NCBI GenBank assembly: GCA_027460535.1
Contig: JAPZAR010000021.1
Span: forward strand, 30,001 to 62,000
Source of the DNA: Candidatus Methanoperedens sp.
GTDB lineage: Archaea; Halobacteriota; Methanosarcinia; Methanosarcinales; Methanoperedenaceae
Direction: 5' to 3'
DNA length: 32,000 nt
Part shown: one piece after another, positions 27,891 to 32,000 of the stretch
Position numbering within the stretch: position 1 is the stretch's first letter
How the letters are laid out: each line of letters begins with the position of its first letter
Notes under the pieces: model-generated
Databases searched by the model: none
Seen by the model: only the letters and a program-made list of their open reading frames with translations
What the model was told of the DNA's origin: nothing
Position numbers and translations under genes: made by a program

Positions 27891-28213
27891 TTATGAGTAA
27901 ATGGAACGATAAATCTGAATTCAAGGCAAGAGTAAAAGAGTTTGCCGGAAAAATGGATATTGAAGTAAAAGCACTTGCTATCAGACCTATGACAAACAAA
28001 TGGGCTTCATGTTCTACAGATGGTAATTTGAATTTCAATAAAGAACTTCTGGACATGGACAAAGAAATTGGTGACTACGTAATTGTGCATGAATTGTTGC
28101 ATTTCAAGGTTCCCAATCATAGTAAACTTTGGAAAAGCTTAATGACTGCTTACCTGGGCGACTATGAGAAGTTAGAAAAGAAATTGAATAAAATAAAAAT
28201 TGGAGAAAAATAG
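27887..28213 (+). CDS. DUF45 / COG1451-type (M48-like, YgjP-like) zinc metallopeptidase, short form
   Basis: WASCSTDGNLNFNKELL...DYVIVHELLHFKVPNHSKLW contains the HExxH motif in the DUF45 context. The start overlaps the hsdR stop (ATGA). Confidence 0.75.
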   Translation: MIMSKWNDKSEFKARVKEFAGKMDIEVKALAIRPMTNKWASCSTDGNLNFNKELLDMDKEIGDYVIVHELLHFKVPNHSKLWKSLMTAYLGDYEKLEKKLNKIKIGEK

Positions 28214-28216
28214 AAA

Positions 28217-28290
28217 CTGCCGCCCCCATCTTGTGCCAACCAGAGCCGGACAGGTGGGGAGAAGATATCGCAAACAGTGAATCGCATAAC
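28217..28290 (+). repeat. GC-rich boundary repeat, copy R1 (short variant lacking the central core)
   Basis: It shares CCGCCCCCATCTTG with R2 and GAGCCGGACAGGTGGGGAGAAGATATCGCAAA with the right arms of R2-R4. It begins 4 nt after the DUF45 stop. Confidence 0.6.
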
Positions 28291-28520
28291 GGTATAATTT
28301 CTTGATAATATGTTCTTTCAAGATACATAAAAATAAATACTTTAGACAATATATAGATATAATAGATAAACAGAACTCATTGGAGTTCATAAACCTCAAG
28401 GGCTAAATTGACAGGAATTGAGAACGATATCTTATTAAGGAAGATGTTGCATTTCGTAGAAAAACACATAGACGATTTACCAGTAGCTACAAAGGATGTT
28501 AAGAAATTGAGGATTTAAAA

Positions 28521-29180
28521 ATGAAGAGATTATTATATATTCCAAATGAATCTTTGCCAAAAATTTCAAAATTTTTATCATTAGAAAAAAAATCTATTGA
28601 AACTTTTATCAATATTTTAATTGATTCCGAGAAAAAAAGTATTGTTGATTTATATCTTTCTATCATGAATGAAATGAATGTTTCAGATGATGATGCAGCA
28701 GCAATCTTTTCCACCTATAAATATTTGTTATTTGTTTTGGAAGAAAACAATTTAAAATTTTCCGACCTTATTCCAGAAACAAAATATATTTTGGAAACTT
28801 CCAAGATTCCAGATTATAACAAAATAAGCAAGAATGTAGATGTTAATTCAGAACATTTTAATAATTTATTTTCTGCTGGAAGCATTGAAGAGAAATTTGC
28901 AAAAAAAGAATTTTTATCTTCCGAAACATTCAACTCAGTGGTGGATATCCATTCTATTTGTGATATACGACCTTTTTTTAATGAAGAAAGAAATGAAATT
29001 TTGGACTTTCTAAATAGTATATATATCGAATTTACGGTTCAGGATTATGCGGATAATATTAAAATAATTCCACTGTCTTTTGACGATGAAGCTTTTGAAG
29101 ACCTAATCAAAGAAATTGATAATATTAAAAAGAAAAAAGAGGTTATCAATAAGAAAATATCCAAATGGAGAAAGATTTGA
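28521..29180 (+). CDS. Hypothetical protein A of the orphan operon (219 aa; acidic, predicted helical, Lys-rich C-terminal tail)
   Basis: GAGG lies 8 nt upstream of the ATG. The ORF is uninterrupted in very AT-rich DNA, where random ORFs this long are unlikely. Its stop abuts the next start (TGAATG). I recognise no motif. Confidence 0.7.
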   Translation: MKRLLYIPNESLPKISKFLSLEKKSIETFINILIDSEKKSIVDLYLSIMNEMNVSDDDAAAIFSTYKYLLFVLEENNLKFSDLIPETKYILETSKIPDYNKISKNVDVNSEHFNNLFSAGSIEEKFAKKEFLSSETFNSVVDIHSICDIRPFFNEERNEILDFLNSIYIEFTVQDYADNIKIIPLSFDDEAFEDLIKEIDNIKKKKEVINKKISKWRKI

Positions 29181-29687
29181 ATGTTTAATACCCAAATTAT
29201 TAATAGAAAGTTTTCAATCATCCGTGATATAAATTCATATCGGGCATCTCCAGCAAAATACAAACAAATGATACATTCAGGGAAATCTCACTTGGATAAT
29301 GTTTATGATCCTTTAAATCCTGTAATAAGAATTGATAGAGGTAAAATTCGTTCTGGACGACATGCTGAAATTCATAATCGAAGGGCTCGACCTATTGATT
29401 TCAAGAAAAAAAAGTTAAGAGTCAGGGTTTGCCCGGATATTAATAACTTAACCATTGGTGATTCCTTCAATGATTTTTATTCTCCAGTCAATTTTAATAT
29501 AAAAAAATATATAACAAAATTAGAAACAAAACATTCAGTTGATGATATAACCACTTTGGGCAGTACAACCCATGAAGAAAATTTAGAATATGATGTTTTT
29601 ATTCAGATGCCTCCCATAAAAAAATGGACCGCACGGGTAAAAATAAAAAGTATAGAAAACGCAAAAATGAATATAGTGGAACCATAA
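29181..29687 (+). CDS. Hypothetical protein B of the orphan operon (168 aa; strongly basic central patch)
   Basis: The start is immediately adjacent to the stop of A. It contains an Arg/Lys-rich stretch, RIDRGKIRSGRHAEIHNRRARPIDFKKKKLRVRV. I recognise no motif. Confidence 0.65.
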   Translation: MFNTQIINRKFSIIRDINSYRASPAKYKQMIHSGKSHLDNVYDPLNPVIRIDRGKIRSGRHAEIHNRRARPIDFKKKKLRVRVCPDINNLTIGDSFNDFYSPVNFNIKKYITKLETKHSVDDITTLGSTTHEENLEYDVFIQMPPIKKWTARVKIKSIENAKMNIVEP

Positions 29688-29693
29688 TGATAT

Positions 29694-30224
29694 ATGGCGA
29701 TTGAATATCCTTGGTACGAGGTTGTAAATTGTGATGCTGATTTAATGCAAGGTGACTTTATAAAAGGTTGTCCTATAATTATTCCCCCTTCAGAGATACA
29801 AGAGGAAGAAGAATTTGAAGCTCGTATTCTTAAATATAATGTAATCATTTTGAGCCAATCCTGCGATATTGCAAATAAGAAAATCGATCTGGTTCTTCTT
29901 TGTCCATTCTGGCCCCTTGAAGATTTAGAGAAACAAAGTACTTTTTTTAAAAGTAGCGATGGGAAAGAAGAATTAAGACGTGGAAATGTTACAGGATATC
30001 ATTTATTAAATAAATGTGGGCTAAAAGGGTTCAAAATGGCTTATCAGGTCGTTGATTTTCGTAATATTTATAGTGTTTCTTTAGAATTTCTTTCTGATCT
30101 GACTATAAAGAAAGGTGAAAGATTGCGTTTATTACCCCCTTATAGAGAGCATCTATCTCAAAGCTTTGCAAGATTCTTTATGAGAGTAGGCCTCCCTGTA
30201 GATATACCTGCATTTAAAAAATAA
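29694..30224 (+). CDS. Hypothetical protein C of the orphan operon (176 aa; QGD...SQSCD...RVGLP pattern)
   Basis: It starts 6 nt after the stop of B. Conserved-looking blocks are LMQGDFIKGCPIII, NVIILSQSCDIA and LLPPYREHLSQSFARFFMRVGLP. The resemblance to MazF/PemK-like barrels is only an impression. Confidence 0.65.
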   Translation: MAIEYPWYEVVNCDADLMQGDFIKGCPIIIPPSEIQEEEEFEARILKYNVIILSQSCDIANKKIDLVLLCPFWPLEDLEKQSTFFKSSDGKEELRRGNVTGYHLLNKCGLKGFKMAYQVVDFRNIYSVSLEFLSDLTIKKGERLRLLPPYREHLSQSFARFFMRVGLPVDIPAFKK

Positions 30225-30228
30225 GAAA

Positions 30229-30255
30229 CAACATGCTTTTGTTGTACGCATGTTG
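30229..30255 (+). terminator. Perfect 8-bp stem hairpin directly after the orphan operon
   Basis: CAACATGC (30229-30236) and GCATGTTG (30248-30255) are exact inverted repeats around a T-rich loop (ttttgttgtac). The hairpin starts 5 nt after the stop codon of protein C. Confidence 0.35.
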
Positions 30256-30327
30256 AACAAAATTGTAACCTGTCCCAGGAAGATAGTAGCCAGATCGATT
30301 CTTTTTCGCAATTATTCTTTACGAGCA

Positions 30328-30472
30328 GGTTGCTCCGCCCTCATCACCCCGCCCCCCATCTTGCTCCCTACTCCCTCCCTGCTTGCAGACCCGGTGCCTG
30401 CGGCATGCGCGGAGCCCGGAAAGGTGCGGAGAACACGATCAAATGCGGTGCGCCCAACATGAAATGGTTGCC
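30328..30472 (+). repeat. GC-rich boundary repeat, copy R2 (longest copy)
   Basis: It contains CCGGTGCCTGCGGCATGCG, which has 1 mismatch to the R3/R4 19-mer. It also contains AGGTGCGGAGAACACGATCAAA (1 mismatch to R4) and ends AAATGCGGTGCGCCCAAC plus the mini-hairpin CAACATGAAATGGTTG. G+C is 42/60 in the line starting at 30361. Confidence 0.8.
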
Positions 30473-30494
30473 TTTCGTGAGACGTTAGCTATTC

Positions 30495-30761
30495 TTATTT
30501 ATAAACATCTCCTCTAAGATCAACCCTATGGATCAGGATAACCTTTTGTTCCCAGATAACTTCGTAAACAATTCTGAACTTCCCTTTACGGATACGATAC
30601 TTATTCTTTTCACCTCTTAGTTTGGTGATATCAAGGGATTTTATGGGAACCGGGTCTTCTTTCAGGACAAGCATTGCCTCTTTGAGGCGCGCCCTGTCAT
30701 GTTTCTGCAGGGAAGAAATAAATTTCAAAGATTTGGCTTTGATATTTATTTCAAATGTCAT
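30495..30761 (-). CDS. relE: RelE/ParE-family type II toxin
   Basis: 88 aa. KYRIRKGKFRIVYEVIWEQKVILIHRVDLRGDVYK is the RelE/ParE C-terminal signature. The gene overlaps the upstream antitoxin gene by 4 nt. Confidence 0.8.
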   Translation of the reverse strand: MTFEINIKAKSLKFISSLQKHDRARLKEAMLVLKEDPVPIKSLDITKLRGEKNKYRIRKGKFRIVYEVIWEQKVILIHRVDLRGDVYK

Positions 30762-30946
30762 GCATTCAATACCTTTAGTAATTCGGCTTCCGAAGCTATT
30801 CTATCCTTGCTCCTTATCGCCCTAAGGTCTTCGGCTTCAGGTTCTTCTTCCGGGATCAGCCTATCAACAAGTTTTGAATATAAATTTGTGAGCATATCAA
30901 GGTCGGCGCGAATCTTTCTCAATTCAACCACTGTTTCGGTTACCAT
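30758..30946 (-). CDS. Cognate small antitoxin (62 aa, acidic)
   Basis: The call rests on position (immediately upstream, ATGA overlap with the toxin), size and acidic composition. No family is assigned. Confidence 0.6.
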   Translation of the reverse strand: MVTETVVELRKIRADLDMLTNLYSKLVDRLIPEEEPEAEDLRAIRSKDRIASEAELLKVLNA

Positions 30947-30969
30947 GCAATATCAGTTAATATTTTAAA

Positions 30970-30993
30970 CCTTATAAGGATTTTCCATGGAAA
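30970..30993. promoter_or_regulatory. Two adjacent perfect palindromes upstream of TA pair 1 (candidate operator/promoter)
   Basis: CCTTATAAGG (30970-30979) and TTTCCATGGAAA (30982-30993) lie 24-47 nt upstream of the antitoxin ATG at 30946 on the minus strand. The first one is itself TATA-like. Confidence 0.4.
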
Positions 30994-31017
30994 GTATAAA
31001 CTGAAGCAATTCATCAG

Positions 31018-31136
31018 ATGCGCCTCACCCCGCCCCCTCCCCGTTTGCTGATCCGGTGCGTGCGGCATGCGGGGAGCCAGGACAGGTGGAGAACATATCT
31101 CGACCAAATGCGGGCGCCCAACTTTGAAAGGTTACA
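31018..31136 (+). repeat. GC-rich boundary repeat, copy R3
   Basis: It contains CCGGTGCGTGCGGCATGCG (31053-31071), identical to R4. It ends AAATGCGGGCGCCCAAC plus the mini-hairpin CAACTTTGAAAGGTTA. Confidence 0.8.
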
Positions 31137-31192
31137 TTTTAAGGAGGGAATAGCGCATAGCCAACAACTTACAAACGTTGTCTACGCAGTCC

Positions 31193-31480
31193 TTACTTAT
31201 ATGCATCTCCTCTATGCTGGACTGAAGTTATCCTGACTTTCCTTGGATCATTATCCACAGAATAAAGAACCCTGTACTTGCCAATCCTTAATCTGTAGGT
31301 ATTATCCGGGTATCCTTCCATCGGCTTAACATCAAAACCTGATCTTGGTTGAACAGGATTCTTCTCAAATTCATCAAGTAATTTTAGAAATTTCTCAACA
31401 ACGTATTTTGGGACTTTTTCTAAATCTTTCTCAACCCGTTCATCGATAAGAACTTCGTATGGAGTTGTGTTTCTGCTCAC
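31193..31480 (-). CDS. RelE/ParE-family type II toxin (second, divergent copy)
   Basis: 95 aa. [34 protein letters not shown] is the RelE/ParE C-terminal signature. Confidence 0.8.
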   Translation of the reverse strand: MSRNTTPYEVLIDERVEKDLEKVPKYVVEKFLKLLDEFEKNPVQPRSGFDVKPMEGYPDNTYRLRIGKYRVLYSVDNDPRKVRITSVQHRGDAYK

Positions 31481-31485
31481 TCATA

Positions 31486-31716
31486 TCAACTTCCACTTGA
31501 AACTCTTTTCCTCATTCGAGATTTAAAATCTTCTTTTGATATCCCTTTAAAATCAGCAAGGCGGCGATAATGTTCTTGGATATGTTCCGCGCTTATATCT
31601 TCGATTGATACCTTATTCATGAGCATATTCAGGACATCATCAAAAGTCAAGTCACCAAACTTATAATCCGATAGCCTTTCTTTAGTTTTCTCATTTATTG
31701 TAATAGTCGTTGGCAT
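31486..31716 (-). CDS. Cognate antitoxin (76 aa) with a VapB/DUF217-like N-terminus
   Basis: It stops 5 nt upstream of the toxin start. The N-terminus PTTITINEKTKERLSDYK resembles the archaeal TITI..e.y..L antitoxin motif. Confidence 0.6.
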   Translation of the reverse strand: MPTTITINEKTKERLSDYKFGDLTFDDVLNMLMNKVSIEDISAEHIQEHYRRLADFKGISKEDFKSRMRKRVSSGS

Positions 31717-31815
31717 AATTGAAATAATTGTTTTAATTGATATTAAAGTTATTTATGTTTCAAAGCATTTCATTACCCTGACAGATTCGTTTTCACACCT
31801 GGTCTGTTTGGGATA

Positions 31816-31927
31816 GTGTTGCGCCCACCTCCCCGCTGGCAGACCCGGTGCGTGCGGCATGCGTGGGAACAGGTGCGGGGAACACGATCAAAATGTGAAC
31901 TTTAATATATGTTTAAACATATGTTTA
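31816..31927 (+). repeat. GC-rich boundary repeat, copy R4
   Basis: GTGTTGCGCCCACCTCCCCGC...CCGGTGCGTGCGGCATGCG (31845-31863)...AGGTGCGGGGAACACGATCAAA. Its right end is replaced or extended by an AT-rich palindrome. Confidence 0.75.
31907..31922. promoter_or_regulatory. Perfect 16-nt palindrome immediately upstream of the VapB-like gene (candidate operator)
   Basis: ATATGTTTAAACATAT is its own reverse complement. ATATGTTTA recurs directly at 31919-31927. The palindrome ends 9 nt before the ATG at 31931. Confidence 0.4.
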
Positions 31928-31930
31928 CTT

Positions 31931-32000
31931 ATGACAGCCAAGACGATAACCATCCGCGAAGATATTTACAAAATGCTCCTCTCGATAAAGGGAGCAAACG
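31931..32000 (+). CDS. VapB/DUF217-like antitoxin, 3' end outside the window
   Basis: MTAKTITIREDIYKMLLSIKGAN matches the archaeal putative-antitoxin N-terminal pattern (KTITI.edvY..L...K). Only 23 codons are visible. Confidence 0.5.
   Translation, partial: MTAKTITIREDIYKMLLSIKGAN

Noticed and set aside
28444-28518. 24-codon ORF (MLHFVEKHIDDLPVATKDVKKLRI) ending 2 nt before orphan-operon gene A
   Set aside because: It is too short to call from sequence alone. I mention it only as a possible leader peptide or small fourth component, to be checked by conservation or ribosome profiling.
30250-30462. 70-aa plus-strand ORF (Pro/Ala/Arg-rich) covering repeat R2, and the analogous 72-aa ORF at 31018-31236 covering R3
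   Set aside because: The shared nucleotide core is read in different frames in the two ORFs (ccg-gtg-cct in R2 versus cgg-tgc-gtg in R3), so no protein is conserved. They are low-complexity products of GC-rich noncoding repeats.
28217-31927. Canonical integron attC sites
   Set aside because: attC sites read 5'-RYYYAAC...GTTRRRY-3' on both strands. These repeats have the opposite polarity, 5'-GTTG...CCCAAC-3'. GCCCAAC and its complement GTTGGGC do fit the R-box consensus, but they are in the wrong relative position. The short CAAC-N8-GTTR hairpins are far below attC length. No intI-like gene is visible. I keep only the weaker 'cassette-like array' hypothesis.
28217-31927. CRISPR array
   Set aside because: The repeats are 74-145 bp, imperfect and spaced 0.5-2 kb apart with protein-coding genes between them. 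They are not short, regularly spaced repeats with spacers.

Overview
The gene content points to an archaeal, methanogen- or ANME-like euryarchaeal chromosome. Supporting genes are a Thg1-like enzyme, an archaeal-type GluRS, an ASH-Ski2-like helicase, an archaeoflavoprotein and an Fe-S flavoprotein. Nt 1-15,400 is ordinary housekeeping: flavoproteins, a metallophosphoesterase, a P-loop protein resembling cyclic-2,3-diphosphoglycerate synthetase, leuD-orphan-leuB, a multi-PAS histidine kinase, a PiT phosphate transporter, Thg1 plus a PRC-barrel protein, GluRS and an SF2 helicase. Nt 15,546-21,473 is one AT-rich gene for a ~1975-aa secreted S8 subtilase fused to two tandemly duplicated NosD-type beta-helix modules and Ig-like domains. 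Nt 21,847-28,213 is a complete Type I restriction-modification operon, hsdM-hsdS-[DUF433]-hsdR-[DUF45 metallopeptidase]. Nt 28,217-32,000 is the unusual part. Four direct copies of a GC-rich, structured, noncoding repeat (R1-R4) delimit successive gene modules. The modules are a very AT-rich three-gene operon with no domains I can recognise (219, 168 and 176 aa), two unrelated RelE/ParE toxin-antitoxin pairs on the minus strand, and the start of a VapB-like antitoxin. I flag two top candidates. One is the orphan operon, as a possible new defence or abortive-infection module. The other is the repeat-delimited, cassette-like array, which resembles an integron but does not have canonical attC polarity. 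No rRNA, tRNA or CRISPR array was seen.
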